From: Tequatrovirus NIC06P2
DNA length: 64,000 nucleotides
Sequence record: OZ035760.1
Reading direction: 5' to 3' (one strand)
Below, piece after piece: positions 38,697 through 48,584 of the stretch (positions within the stretch are counted from its first letter, which is position 1; every line of letters begins with the position of its first letter). The notes beneath the pieces were generated by a model. It saw only the letters and a program-made list of their open reading frames with translations. It searched no databases and was not told the origin of the DNA. Position numbers and translations under genes: made by a program.

Positions 38697-39086
38697 TTAA
38701 CGATTAAAATCAGCCGCAATTGTTTCCGCAACAATTTGAGCAGCAACAATTAGACGTTCATCTGCATTACCGCAATAATCATCTTCAAGACGTTCACCGC
38801 ATGAAGTCATAATAAATTTAGCACCGGCGTTTAGGGATTCTGTAGTATGTTTGCGCATTAGTTCAATCCATTTATTACTTACTTCACGATCGATAGCTTC
38901 ATAATACGCATGACGAGCAGGTGCAGATTTAATTTTGTTCTGAATAACTTCCATTGCGTTATCAGAAAGAGACAAAACCCATGCTCGACGAATTTTATTT
39001 TGGTTTTGTGGATTTGATTCAGAACGCACATGTTTTGGCTGAATATCTTTTACATCAACAGTATAATTCACAGTAATTTTAGTCAT
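38697..39086 (-). CDS. rpbA: RNA polymerase binding protein RpbA
   Basis: 129 aa as T4 RpbA; position downstream of 45. Confidence 0.75.
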
Positions 39087-39095
39087 AATACACCT

Positions 39096-39287
39096 TTAGT
39101 CATAATAATCAGTAACAGTCCAAGCTTCATTTCTATTGGACATTATTTTTGTATATTCTGCTTTAAATGCATTCCTAAGCATAGATTCAGTAACTATATG
39201 CTCTTCATTAGAAAAATTATTTCTCAGAATATATCGTTTTATTTCAGGAATAGTTAATAGATGCTGTCCAGTTGAATATTCTGCCAC
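39096..39287 (-). CDS. hypothetical protein (63 aa)
   Basis: GTG start with GGAGGA Shine-Dalgarno. Confidence 0.45.
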   Translation of the reverse strand: MAEYSTGQHLLTIPEIKRYILRNNFSNEEHIVTESMLRNAFKAEYTKIMSNRNEAWTVTDYYD

Positions 39288-39338
39288 AGTTCCTCCGTAT
39301 AAATATGTTTATCACTCGCTGTATCAAAAGGATATGTT

Positions 39339-40052
39339 ATGAATTATAAACTAATTTACGAAAAGTTAATCTCTAATGCTAAATCTCGAAAACTTGATTG
39401 CTATACTGAATCTCATCACATTATACCACGCTGTTTAAATGGCAGCGATGATGCTTCAAACTTAGTAGATTTAACACCAGAAGAGCACTATGTAGCTCAT
39501 CAACTTTTAGTAAAAATTTATCCTTCTGAACCAAAATTAGTCTATGCTGCTAACATGATGACAGTTTCCACAAAATACGCTAAACGCAACAATAAAACTT
39601 TCGGTTGGATTCGTCGTAAACTCTGGGAAATAGAAAAGAATAAAGAATTCTCCCAGGAGACACGAAAGAAAATGTCTGATGCAGTAGCTAATAAAGCAAG
39701 ACTAACTTGTCCTCATTGCGGTAAGTCTGGATTAAGCGGGAATATGAATCGTTGGCATTTTGATAACTGCCCAAATCACCCTAATCCTAAAGTTAGACCA
39801 CCAATGTCTAAAGAACACAGAAATAATATCTCAAACGGGCTTAAAGCAATCGTTCTTGAAGAAACATCCTGCGAATTCTGCGGAATGATAGGCAAGAAAT
39901 GCGTTATCGCAGCGCATAGAAATTTCTGCAAGAAAAATCCAAATGGACGCAAGAAAACTGAAAAGACTGGTACTTGCGTCCATTGTGGTAAAGTTACCAC
40001 TTTCGGAAATTTATCAAGGTGGCATAATGATAACTGTAAGCACAAACATTAA
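39339..40052 (+). CDS. HNH homing endonuclease with three C-terminal zinc-finger-like repeats, plus strand
   Basis: HNH motif TESHHIIPRCLNGSDDASNLVDLTPEEHYVAHQ; repeats CPHCGKSGLSGNMNRWHFDNC, CEFCGMIGKKCVIAAHRNFC, CVHCGKVTTFGNLSRWHNDNC; opposite strand to all neighbours; stop overlaps stop of gene 46. Confidence 0.75.
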   Translation: MNYKLIYEKLISNAKSRKLDCYTESHHIIPRCLNGSDDASNLVDLTPEEHYVAHQLLVKIYPSEPKLVYAANMMTVSTKYAKRNNKTFGWIRRKLWEIEKNKEFSQETRKKMSDAVANKARLTCPHCGKSGLSGNMNRWHFDNCPNHPNPKVRPPMSKEHRNNISNGLKAIVLEETSCEFCGMIGKKCVIAAHRNFCKKNPNGRKKTEKTGTCVHCGKVTTFGNLSRWHNDNCKHKH

Positions 40053-41737
40053 TTAATAGTGGCAACACTAAATCTACCAACTTTTTCCATTTTAATATGC
40101 TGTCCATAATCCTGCGGATCATGGTCTTTATGCGAAATTATGAAGAAGTTGGTATCCTTCAAACCATCTAAAATTTTAGCTACATTTTTAATGCCTTCAG
40201 CATCAAATGCACCGTCATACACTTCATCAAGAAATAAACAACTTATTTTAACACCTGAAACTTTTTCAGCAATATCACGCCAAGTAAATAAAAGAGCAAT
40301 ATCAATTCGTGCTTTTTCACCTTGACTGAATGAAGCATAACTAAAATCTTCGCGACCACGGGATTTAATTGTCTCATTAAATTCTTCATCTAATGTAAAC
40401 ACATAATCCGCTTCCATTATTTTAAGATAATGGTTAATCTGCTTATTAAATAATGGAATGTACTTTTTAATAATAGCACCTTTAATACCAGAATCTTTGA
40501 GCATATCAGTCAAAATTCCTCGGTGGTATTTTTCCATTACTAAATTAGTTTTTGTCTTAACAATTTTATCAAGTTCTTCTTGAAGCAGTGCTATTTCATC
40601 AGCATGGTCAATAAACTCAGAAGATGCTTTTTCTATAGCCGCTTTAACCTTTTTAGCTTTATCTACTGCTGCGATCAGAGATTGCTTTTTATTGCGAATA
40701 TCATTTGCCAACGACTGTTGGGTTTTAATATTATCTCGGTATTCATCAACAAGAACTTTTAAATTATCACGGTGTGTTGAAAGCTGTTCAAACGAATGCG
40801 TACATTCAGAAACTTTATCTTTAATTTTAGAAACAACTTTATCACCGGAACTTAATTGTGACAAGCAGGTTGGACATAATCCACCTTCGTGATACATATT
40901 AATGACTTTATTATACGAGTCAATTTTTGATTTAATTAAAACTGCTTCTTGACCGATTTTATTAAATGCATCAGTCGGGTCTTCATCTAAAACAATATTA
41001 ACTAATCTTTCATTAGCTTCTTCTATTTCCGATTTTAGCATTCTAGCTTCTTTTGCCAAATCATCATACATATTTTGCAGACGAGTAAGGTTGTCACCCG
41101 TTAATTTTTTCTGGCGTTCAACGTTATCATTATATATTTTAATTTGTTGGATAATACTATCTTTTTTAACATCAAGCACTTGGTTTTGTGAATTTAATTC
41201 ACGTATTAGTGCTTTATTAAGCTTATCCATTTCAGCTAATGTTCCTACCTCGAGCAGGTCTTCCACAAGCTTTCTTCGTGCAGGGGTCGACAAACCCATG
41301 AAAGGGGTATACCCTGCTGTACCAAGGACAACAATCTGCTTGAAACTGGCATATGACATTCCGATAAGCTGTTCAAATTCTGCTTGGAAATCTTTACTGC
41401 TGGCAGATTCATTAAGACGTGTACCGTTAACGGTGATTTCAAAAACGTTCGGTTTTTGTCCTCTTTTGATATAGTACTTTTTCTCATCATATTCCATCCA
41501 CAGTTCAACTAAAAGTTCTTTCTTATTTGTGCTGTTTATTAATTGACCTTTCTTTACATCACGGAATGGCTTGCCAAAAAGCCCAAATGTGATGGCTTCT
41601 AACATAGTAGACTTACCACCGCCATTTCGTCCAGTAATAAGAGTTTTTTGAACCTTATCTAATTGAATGTCAATAGGATTTCCACCTACTGACATTATAT
41701 TTTGATACCTAACTCGGTTTAGTTTAAAATTCTTCAC
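40049..41737 (-). CDS. 46: recombination nuclease subunit (SbcC/Rad50-like)
   Basis: 562 aa vs 560 in T4; Walker A GRNGGGKST; long coiled-coil middle. Confidence 0.93.
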   Translation of the reverse strand: MKNFKLNRVRYQNIMSVGGNPIDIQLDKVQKTLITGRNGGGKSTMLEAITFGLFGKPFRDVKKGQLINSTNKKELLVELWMEYDEKKYYIKRGQKPNVFEITVNGTRLNESASSKDFQAEFEQLIGMSYASFKQIVVLGTAGYTPFMGLSTPARRKLVEDLLEVGTLAEMDKLNKALIRELNSQNQVLDVKKDSIIQQIKIYNDNVERQKKLTGDNLTRLQNMYDDLAKEARMLKSEIEEANERLVNIVLDEDPTDAFNKIGQEAVLIKSKIDSYNKVINMYHEGGLCPTCLSQLSSGDKVVSKIKDKVSECTHSFEQLSTHRDNLKVLVDEYRDNIKTQQSLANDIRNKKQSLIAAVDKAKKVKAAIEKASSEFIDHADEIALLQEELDKIVKTKTNLVMEKYHRGILTDMLKDSGIKGAIIKKYIPLFNKQINHYLKIMEADYVFTLDEEFNETIKSRGREDFSYASFSQGEKARIDIALLFTWRDIAEKVSGVKISCLFLDEVYDGAFDAEGIKNVAKILDGLKDTNFFIISHKDHDPQDYGQHIKMEKVGRFSVATIN

Positions 41738-41997
41738 AAAAGATTCCTTTTAATGTATCTTTTAGACCATTCTATCATATCATCATAATCTAAAAAGTAT
41801 TCATCAAATTCAGCCATGCAAACAACACCTTGTGCTGCTTTTGATGTGATATAAATTATTCCAACATATCTAGAATCTTCTTCGGTATAATCAATGTTTG
41901 CTATGAATTCATCGTTAATGTCAAATGTCGAAAACTTCACAGTATGCATCCTTAATACAAGATACAGCCATATCTTGTAATGATTTAGGTGTGTCAT
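41734..41997 (-). CDS. hypothetical protein (87 aa)
   Basis: ORF in track between 47 and 46. Confidence 0.5.
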   Translation of the reverse strand: MTHLNHYKIWLYLVLRMHTVKFSTFDINDEFIANIDYTEEDSRYVGIIYITSKAAQGVVCMAEFDEYFLDYDDMIEWSKRYIKRNLL

Positions 41998-42184
41998 TAT
42001 CTAAAATGTTGAAGTTAAAAGATACAGCCCAATCTGTGCAGACCGTAACCTTTTTAATACAATTATCTTCAACCTCTAGTGGTTCAAACCAGTATTCAAT
42101 AATTTCTTTATGCCCAATATCATCTTTCACTTCGCATTCAAAATGCTGACTCATCATAACATTTTTAAATTCATCAAAAGTCAT
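41921..42184 (-). CDS. hypothetical protein (87 aa)
   Basis: ORF in track; start may be over-extended (overlaps the next ORF by 77 nt). Confidence 0.45.
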   Translation of the reverse strand: MTFDEFKNVMMSQHFECEVKDDIGHKEIIEYWFEPLEVEDNCIKKVTVCTDWAVSFNFNILDNDTPKSLQDMAVSCIKDAYCEVFDI

Positions 42185-43200
42185 TGTGTTGCCTCTACAT
42201 ATAGCTGATTTGCATATTGAATAAGTGCTTCACGGTCAGAATCAGTGATGTCTGGAATTGCATTAATGTATTCTTCCATCAACGTCTGAAGAGATTGAAC
42301 TTCAACTTCTTCACTGTCATCTGACTCGACAGAGTTATCAATTTTTGACACAACTCGTAATGAATGCACAACTTTTTCTAGTTCAGATTCGAACTTCGTT
42401 AGATTTTTGTCTACTTCAGTTACTATAACACGTACTGATAGATTTGTAAAATCTTTATAGTCAATTTTTCCTTTAAATGGATAATGAATTCTACGATGCC
42501 AGGTAGTGTTGTTTGGAATAAATTCCATTTGTTCTGTTTCTGTATCAAACATCCAGAACCCACGAGGGTCATTCTCGTCACCTGCAGTTAGTGTCCATGG
42601 TGTCCCAATATATCTGACGTTAGCAGCCTCAGAGATAGTATGGAAGTGACCAGACCACACTTCTTTATAAGTCTTAAGGAAATCAGGTTCAAGACCATGA
42701 GATTTCATTCCTTTATAAAAATAAAATCCGTTCAGTTCCCAGTGACCAACGCAAAAAGAAGCAGATGAAGTTTTGATGTGTTCAAGAATTTCACCAGTAT
42801 TTTCTTCACACATCCAAGGAATTAAATCAATTAAACATCCGTCAAAATCTACTGTAGTAGGCTTATCATATACTTTAACATTAGGATATTTAGCCAAAAG
42901 CTCAGTAGAGGCATTTGGATGCATTACATTTTTGTAGTGAAGATCGTGATTTCCTACAATAGTATGTAATGTGATTCCAGCACCATCAAGCATTTGAACT
43001 ATTTCACGGGCAAACTCCATAGTTTTATGCGTGATCGCTTTTCGCACATCAAAAATATCACCGTATTGAATCCAGGTAGTAATTCCATTTTTCTTAGAAT
43101 ATTCTATCGCTTGCTTAATTCCATCAATTTGAATACCGCGAATCCACTCATCATCAGCTTTAACGCCTAAATGCCAATCACCTAAATTTAAAATTTTCAT
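42181..43200 (-). CDS. 47: recombination nuclease subunit (SbcD/Mre11-like)
   Basis: 339 aa as T4 gp47; phosphoesterase motifs DWHLG and GNHD. Confidence 0.93.
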   Translation of the reverse strand: MKILNLGDWHLGVKADDEWIRGIQIDGIKQAIEYSKKNGITTWIQYGDIFDVRKAITHKTMEFAREIVQMLDGAGITLHTIVGNHDLHYKNVMHPNASTELLAKYPNVKVYDKPTTVDFDGCLIDLIPWMCEENTGEILEHIKTSSASFCVGHWELNGFYFYKGMKSHGLEPDFLKTYKEVWSGHFHTISEAANVRYIGTPWTLTAGDENDPRGFWMFDTETEQMEFIPNNTTWHRRIHYPFKGKIDYKDFTNLSVRVIVTEVDKNLTKFESELEKVVHSLRVVSKIDNSVESDDSEEVEVQSLQTLMEEYINAIPDITDSDREALIQYANQLYVEATQ

Positions 43201-43360
43201 ATATCAAGAACCGTCATTGAAATGCAAAATAAAATTATTGAAATAAATCCATCTGGAGTGCTAAAGAACCCAATCCAACATGCTCTAGTGAATAGATAAA
43301 ATGCAAGAAAAAGTATCACATATCCAAGAAATATCATTATATCAAACTCCGTATAAAGCT

Positions 43361-43378
43361 AAAGGGCCGAAGCCCTTT
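43361..43378 (-). other. RNA stem-loop AAAGGGCCGAAGCCCTTT at 3' end of alpha-gt
   Basis: read directly. Confidence 0.5.
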
Positions 43379-44579
43379 ATTTTGTAATAATGTCAAACTG
43401 TTCTTTAAAGCAGAAGCTTGAATCTTGATGCTGATACAAAAATTCATATGCTTTTTCTCGCTCACGGTCATAAAGAGCTCGGTCAGATGACAGTTCTTTA
43501 ATACGCTCGAATGTTGATTCCATGTCATTTTCATCAAACCAAACGATACCGCTATCATGCGAGGTCAAAGGAGTATTATCAACACGGAATTTTAAATTTT
43601 CTCCAGTAGATTTCCAAAATACCGGAATTGTTCCACATGCACCAAGCTCGAGGTGAGTATATTCTAAAGAGCGCTGTAGATATTTTTTATCCAACTTACT
43701 CAACTGATAACCAAATCCAGATTTACTCATACGTTCAAGCATTTCGCTATTTACATAACGATCGAGAATTTGCGTTGGTAAATTAGGAGCAATTTTAATT
43801 TGGTCTACTTGATGAAGACGATAATACTCGTATGGAATTCCTTTTTCTTTAATAGGAATGAACGCTGGAGAACGTTCCAGACCTTCCATAATAGTACTTA
43901 GTCCTGCAGGTTTAAGATGTTTTTCGTGAAAATCAAACATCTGATAAAAACCTTTCCATGTAGTCGTACGACCAATCCAACGGTTGATATTCATGTTAAT
44001 TTCAGAAACATCTTTCCAGTAGGTTGATCGAACCTTCGCAATATCCATAGGAGGCTGAAAGTTGTATACGGTCGGTGCTTCTTCAATATCATCAAACAGA
44101 GAAACTGTTTCTGGATACCATTCTTTCATCAGAACTTTATTAAAATCGCCATTATCAGAATGGCTAAAAATAACATCAGCTCGACGAACAGTTTCTTCTA
44201 ATCCCAAATTTCGACGCAAAGAAAGAGAAGAATGGTCATGTTGATAAACTACAACACGAACCGAAGGTTTAATGTTATCAATAATTTTTTTATAGTTATT
44301 AATAGTGTCTTCTTCAACTGAAGTAGCAGGAACGGAATTGATAATTAGAATATCACAATCATTTACCAGCTTAAGTGTTTTATCGTATTCTTTTGCCAAT
44401 AAAACCGGAATTGAAAATGATTTATAATCATGCGCGCAATTACGGGTAAATGATTTATCTTTAGCATAAACCAAAGTTACTTCATGACCATTTTTAATAA
44501 ACCAATCACGTTGCTCAAGAGAAAATTTAGTTACGCCGCAACCTTCAAGACCTCGAGCCATAAAAATGCATACTTTCAT
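43377..44579 (-). CDS. agt: alpha-glucosyltransferase (HMC DNA)
   Basis: 400 aa as T4 alpha-gt; MKVCIFMARGLEGCGVTKFSLEQRDWFIKNGHEVTLVYAKDKSF closely matches T4 sequence from memory. Confidence 0.9.
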   Translation of the reverse strand: MKVCIFMARGLEGCGVTKFSLEQRDWFIKNGHEVTLVYAKDKSFTRNCAHDYKSFSIPVLLAKEYDKTLKLVNDCDILIINSVPATSVEEDTINNYKKIIDNIKPSVRVVVYQHDHSSLSLRRNLGLEETVRRADVIFSHSDNGDFNKVLMKEWYPETVSLFDDIEEAPTVYNFQPPMDIAKVRSTYWKDVSEINMNINRWIGRTTTWKGFYQMFDFHEKHLKPAGLSTIMEGLERSPAFIPIKEKGIPYEYYRLHQVDQIKIAPNLPTQILDRYVNSEMLERMSKSGFGYQLSKLDKKYLQRSLEYTHLELGACGTIPVFWKSTGENLKFRVDNTPLTSHDSGIVWFDENDMESTFERIKELSSDRALYDREREKAYEFLYQHQDSSFCFKEQFDIITK

Positions 44580-44603
44580 TTAATATCCTCATTGTTTTGG
44601 TTT

Positions 44604-44627
44604 ATTTTACCAAAAATTTATAAAGCA
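44604..44627 (-). promoter_or_regulatory. MotA-dependent middle promoter upstream of alpha-gt
   Basis: reverse complement TTGCTTTATAAATTTTTGGTAAAAT (MotA box, 11 nt, -10). Confidence 0.5.
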
Positions 44628-44822
44628 ATATAGGAGCCGAAGCTCCTATCCGCATAATACACCATACAGAGGCTCATTAGAGCTTCTAAATTTTATGCGC
44701 TTATATTTTATAGTTCCTTCCGCTTTAGCTTTATCATGAGACTCTTTAAAGCGTCTCATCATTTCCTCTTTAGAGGAACGAATTTTATTATAATCTATTT
44801 CAGAAGTCTGGGTGTTCATCTT

Positions 44823-45029
44823 TCACAGTTGCCACCATTTTTTGACTTGATAAGAATCAACCCACACTTTCATATTAGGGTCTGCTCTTACAATAGGAGG
44901 ATTAACTTCTTTAATTGAACTATCATGGTATTCTTTTTCAGAAATTTTCACACAAAGATGACCATTCAAAGATTCAGTAAATCCTGCATTAATTTTAAGA
45001 CGCTTGAATTTTACGTGTGTAAGCATCAA
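44823..45029 (-). CDS. hypothetical protein (68 aa)
   Basis: ORF in track. Confidence 0.4.
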   Translation of the reverse strand: MMLTHVKFKRLKINAGFTESLNGHLCVKISEKEYHDSSIKEVNPPIVRADPNMKVWVDSYQVKKWWQL

Positions 45030-45312
45030 TCATATCCTCAATCTGCGATCTAGTAGTCTTCCAAAGAATACTGATGAGTTCATCGTTATATGGCTGTTTT
45101 AGAATATCCCGACTTTTCTTGATAGCATATTCGTATTGAGCAAAATTATTATTTTCAGCTGCGATCTGAGCGTGCTTATAAAGACGATTCAGTTCGCGTT
45201 TGTTTTTAGACAATAACTTATTTGCTTTTCTTTCTGCTTCAAGACGGTTCTTTTCTTCAATAGAAGAAATAAGCTTTTCCACTTCATCATTAATTTCGGG
45301 TTTATCAGTCAT
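44995..45312 (-). CDS. hypothetical protein (105 aa)
   Basis: ORF in track. Confidence 0.5.
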   Translation of the reverse strand: MTDKPEINDEVEKLISSIEEKNRLEAERKANKLLSKNKRELNRLYKHAQIAAENNNFAQYEYAIKKSRDILKQPYNDELISILWKTTRSQIEDMIDAYTRKIQAS

Positions 45313-45313
45313 A

Positions 45314-45532
45314 TTATTTCTCTAATATAAAATAAAAATCATCATCTGTTAAATGATACCGATAGTTTAATTCTACACCATTAGATTTAAAAGCGGTATC
45401 ATACGGATTTTCTGGATCAATATCAATGTCAAGAGCTAAAACTTCCCTGAGATACATTTTAAGTAAATAGGGAATAGCTTCAACTTCAGGTATTTCTTCC
45501 AAGAATCCGGAGAGGTTAATCGTTAGCCTCAT
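45314..45532 (-). CDS. hypothetical protein (72 aa)
   Basis: ORF in track. Confidence 0.45.
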
Positions 45533-46073
45533 ATAAAAAATCCAAACTAGGAGAATCGTCTACAACACTTTTCTTTTCAGCCCCCGGTGTTCTATAGGTT
45601 GATTCTTCGTAATGCGTCATTTTATCGTAGATGTCTTGAATAAAAGTTTCATCTACTAACGCAACCATATCGTCGTCACGACTGTCATAGACATTGTGAA
45701 CGAAGTAACTATATTTCTTTGCAACTTCCTTACGTTCTTTTTTAATACGTTGGACGAATGCATTAAAACAAGCTTGAGTTATATACGCATGTGGGTTTTT
45801 ATATTTCGTTTCATCAAAATTGTGAAGCCCCTTAATAGAAGCTTCTATACCATCTGCAATCATTTCTTGTTTCCAAGACTGGGTGTATCCTGAAAAGTTG
45901 AAACGTTTAGATAAGCCTTCTGCAATAAGCATAATGGCTAATCCGATAGTATCATTCTGACGAACTACTTTATTTGGGTCTTTATTATTTGCTAATTCTG
46001 TTTTCCAATCAATAATAGCTTGTAAAAGCTCTTTATTGTTTACGTAATTATATTTAGGCTTAGTTTCTGACAT
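45516..46073 (-). CDS. 55: late sigma factor gp55
   Basis: 185 aa from ATG with AAGAGG Shine-Dalgarno (the ORF track starts at an upstream GTG); [27 protein letters not shown]. Confidence 0.9.
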
Positions 46074-46151
46074 TTTCACCTCTTAGCTCAATTCATAGAT
46101 CTATTATATCATAATATTTGAAGATCTATCTTAAAGCATAGAGGATATCAG

Positions 46152-46421
46152 TTATCTAAGTAAACAGTATGCTTGGAACACTTTCTCCATCATCTTTTTA
46201 AATTCATGAATATCTATATAATGACTAGTTAAATCAGCATGATATAAAAAGTCTAAAAACTTTTCATGTGTGCTAACATATTCACTTTCATTTAATTCAG
46301 AAACATGACTTTCCCAATATCCAACACCAGTCTTATTTGGGAAAAATGAAATTTTCATGTATTGGTCAACATAGAAAATGCCATAATTTTCAATAGTAAT
46401 AGAAATATTAATAAATTTCAT
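46152..46421 (-). CDS. hypothetical protein (89 aa)
   Basis: ORF in track. Confidence 0.45.
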   Translation of the reverse strand: MKFINISITIENYGIFYVDQYMKISFFPNKTGVGYWESHVSELNESEYVSTHEKFLDFLYHADLTSHYIDIHEFKKMMEKVFQAYCLLR

Positions 46422-46633
46422 ACATTCATCAACTTAGCCGCTTCAAGAGCTGCATCTAGTGAATCAAATTGGTCAACATATTCAATCAATTCGCCGTAAT
46501 TAGCATATAACCACCATTGGCTAAATTCATACTCAAGGATGAATCCATTTCCTTCAATTTGAGTTAAACCATTGCCATTTGTATTTACTTCATATCCAGC
46601 AAGACGCAAATCGTTAATAAGAGTTTCGTTCAT
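46418..46633 (-). CDS. hypothetical protein (71 aa)
   Basis: ORF in track. Confidence 0.45.
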   Translation of the reverse strand: MNETLINDLRLAGYEVNTNGNGLTQIEGNGFILEYEFSQWWLYANYGELIEYVDQFDSLDAALEAAKLMNV

Positions 46634-46635
46634 AA

Positions 46636-46962
46636 TTATACCTTAGTAATTTTCAGGTCTGCAAATTTTTTCTTGCGTTGATTTTTCATGCGACGAATAG
46701 TTTTATCGGAAATTTCATGCTTTTGATAAGCTTTAGATTCTACACCAAAAGCTTTAACATCAAATTCTGACAAGATATATTGAACCAACAATTCACGTAC
46801 AGTGTTGCGTCCAATCTTCTGATCATTCTGTTTCATCATTTGATGAAGCTCTTTTTCCCATTTATCCAAAATTTGAGGAGTTACAATATCGCCTTTTTCT
46901 AGCAAAGAAACTACTTTATCATATGCGTAAGAATTAATGACGTTTTTAATTTGAATAGTCAT
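46636..46962 (-). CDS. hypothetical protein (108 aa)
   Basis: ORF in track. Confidence 0.5.
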   Translation of the reverse strand: MTIQIKNVINSYAYDKVVSLLEKGDIVTPQILDKWEKELHQMMKQNDQKIGRNTVRELLVQYILSEFDVKAFGVESKAYQKHEISDKTIRRMKNQRKKKFADLKITKV

Positions 46963-47000
46963 ACATTATCCTCAATTACGTTAAAATTTTGTTATCCAAA

Positions 47001-47016
47001 AAGGGCCGAAGCCCTT
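47001..47016 (-). terminator. stem-loop AAGGGCCGAAGCCCTT followed by U-run on minus RNA
   Basis: minus RNA AAGGGCUUCGGCCCUUUUUGGAU. Confidence 0.55.
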
Positions 47017-47215
47017 AGCTAAACTTTTTGGCACCCTTCCAGCCTTCATACATCATTGCGGCTGATATTAATATTGCTCCTGAGCAACTTGAATATTTGT
47101 GATTCCAAAACCAGTTTAGAAAAACTTCATCATCAATACCTTGGGCTATCATATTTTCAAAGAACTGACGACGAGCTTCGGCAATTCGCTGCGATAATTT
47201 AGATTCAGGATTCAT
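47015..47215 (-). CDS. hypothetical protein (66 aa)
   Basis: ORF in track. Confidence 0.45.
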   Translation of the reverse strand: MNPESKLSQRIAEARRQFFENMIAQGIDDEVFLNWFWNHKYSSCSGAILISAAMMYEGWKGAKKFS

Positions 47216-47347
47216 TTAAATTTCCCAATTACCGTTTTCATCAATAAATTTAATCCAGTCATTTACTGACCACTTAGTTGTATCGCCTTTTGGAGTAACA
47301 TTTAAAGTATATAGCCCTTGCTTAAAAAGCATGCGTTTGATATTCAT
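47216..47347 (-). CDS. hypothetical small protein (43 aa)
   Basis: internal ATG with GAGGAAAAT Shine-Dalgarno; ORF-track 71-aa version overlaps the upstream gene. Confidence 0.4.
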   Translation of the reverse strand: MNIKRMLFKQGLYTLNVTPKGDTTKWSVNDWIKFIDENGNWEI

Positions 47348-47354
47348 ATTTTCC

Positions 47355-47648
47355 TCAGCTGTAACGATAACACTCGTTTGATTTACGTTTAGCAACTCGT
47401 TGAGAAGTATTATAATCAAAATCATCGTCAATGTAAACTGATTTTTTCAACTTTCTTACTTCACCACGTAATTGGCGATTTAGCTCATCTTTAACTTCTG
47501 AATCAATACCTTTCATTCTACGCCATTTATCTGAGCGAAAAATGTTTTCAACCATATCTTTATGACTTACCCCATCAGGAGCTTTACGCTTTCCGAAATA
47601 GTCATAATCACGCACTTTTAAGTCTTTACGACGATACGTTTTACCCAT
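47355..47648 (-). CDS. hypothetical basic protein (97 aa)
   Basis: ATG overlapping stop of upstream small ORF (ATGGGTAA); MGKTYRRKDLKVRDYDYFGKRK. Confidence 0.45.
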   Translation of the reverse strand: MGKTYRRKDLKVRDYDYFGKRKAPDGVSHKDMVENIFRSDKWRRMKGIDSEVKDELNRQLRGEVRKLKKSVYIDDDFDYNTSQRVAKRKSNECYRYS

Positions 47649-47817
47649 GGAGTTTAATTTCCTTAGCAACTGAACTAAATACAGCACGATCACAAACCAT
47701 GCGTTTGTTCCATTTAATCACAGTATAATGAACATCTAGATCATCGACTGCTGTAACAATAACGATATGTCCGTTAACACGATAGTACTGGTCAATTTTA
47801 ATCTCTTTATCAACCAT
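47641..47817 (-). CDS. hypothetical small protein (58 aa)
   Basis: ATG with GAGGA Shine-Dalgarno downstream of promoter 47848..47877; MVDKEIKIDQYYRVNGHIVIVTAVDDLDVHYTVIKWNKRMVCDRAVFSSVAKEIKLHG; not in ORF track. Confidence 0.45.
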   Translation of the reverse strand: MVDKEIKIDQYYRVNGHIVIVTAVDDLDVHYTVIKWNKRMVCDRAVFSSVAKEIKLHG

Positions 47818-47847
47818 ATCAATTCCTCAAAGGTAATTCATATGTTA

Positions 47848-47877
47848 ATAATACCACGGTTTGAACTTGTTGTAAAC
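47848..47877 (-). promoter_or_regulatory. T4-type early promoter
   Basis: reverse complement GTTGTTTACAACAAGTTCAAACCGTGGTATTATTAAC. Confidence 0.55.
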
Positions 47878-47975
47878 AACTTTGTGAAAAATATTTTAGG
47901 GAATGATAAGAAAGGAACGATAGCTTAGAATGGTAATATACAGAATGTGAGAAAGAAAGGCCCAGAGGGCCCGTC

Positions 47976-48299
47976 TTAATCTTCTATGATATCTCTATCA
48001 TATCCAAGTGAAATGAGAGTTTCTTTGAAGTGTTTAATGTTCTTTTGTCTAGAATCATTAATGAAAATGACTGGATAACGAATGTTAAGAGATGTGAATC
48101 CAGCGCGTTTAGCAAGAGATACAATCAGTGGACGATCATACTCAATCTTACCGTTATTTGTAAGAACTTTATAGAAAGTAAAAGGAGCATTGAGCTCCTT
48201 TAGAAGTTTTGTAACTGATTGACATCCAGGACAACGACCTACTTCATCTGGAATTCCATAGACTTCAATCTTATTCTTTAAGTTCGAGTTTTGTTCCAC
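47976..48299 (-). CDS. nrdH: glutaredoxin-like protein NrdH
   Basis: CPGC active site in EVYGIPDEVGRCPGCQSVTKLLKEL; start placed at GTG with AAGGA Shine-Dalgarno, start uncertain (ORF track extends to 48428). Confidence 0.6.
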   Translation of the reverse strand: MEQNSNLKNKIEVYGIPDEVGRCPGCQSVTKLLKELNAPFTFYKVLTNNGKIEYDRPLIVSLAKRAGFTSLNIRYPVIFINDSRQKNIKHFKETLISLGYDRDIIED

Positions 48300-48582
48300 G
48301 AGAAATAATTCCTTGGTAAGCCCAATAAGGAGGATTAACAGAATCCTCACCAGAGTTTTCTTCAGGAAAATAAACCTGGATAACAAATCCAGACGCATCA
48401 AAGGTAAAATAAACCGTAGGTAGTTCACCTAACAATTCGGCACGAGTATTAATTTCTTCGAGATCTCGTTCACGTCCAGCCCAAAAACTAGGATTTAGAC
48501 TACATTCGTAAAAATAATAGTCATTACCGAACATATCAAAACCCTTCCAACTCTCTACCACATACCGCTCAAAACTAATCAT
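48271..48582 (-). CDS. hypothetical protein (103 aa)
   Basis: ORF in track. Confidence 0.5.
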   Translation of the reverse strand: MISFERYVVESWKGFDMFGNDYYFYECSLNPSFWAGRERDLEEINTRAELLGELPTVYFTFDASGFVIQVYFPEENSGEDSVNPPYWAYQGIISRGTKLELKE

Positions 48583-48584
48583 AA

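Noticed and set aside
43337-43558. 73-aa minus-strand ORF overlapping the 3' end of alpha-gt
   Set aside because: It overlaps the well-supported 400-aa alpha-gt ORF in another frame and spans the intergenic hairpin; likely spurious.
46101-46140. Possible MotA box upstream of gene 55
   Set aside because: A TGCTTTA-like sequence is present but the spacing to the nearest TATAAT is about 23 nt, too long for a middle promoter; not called.
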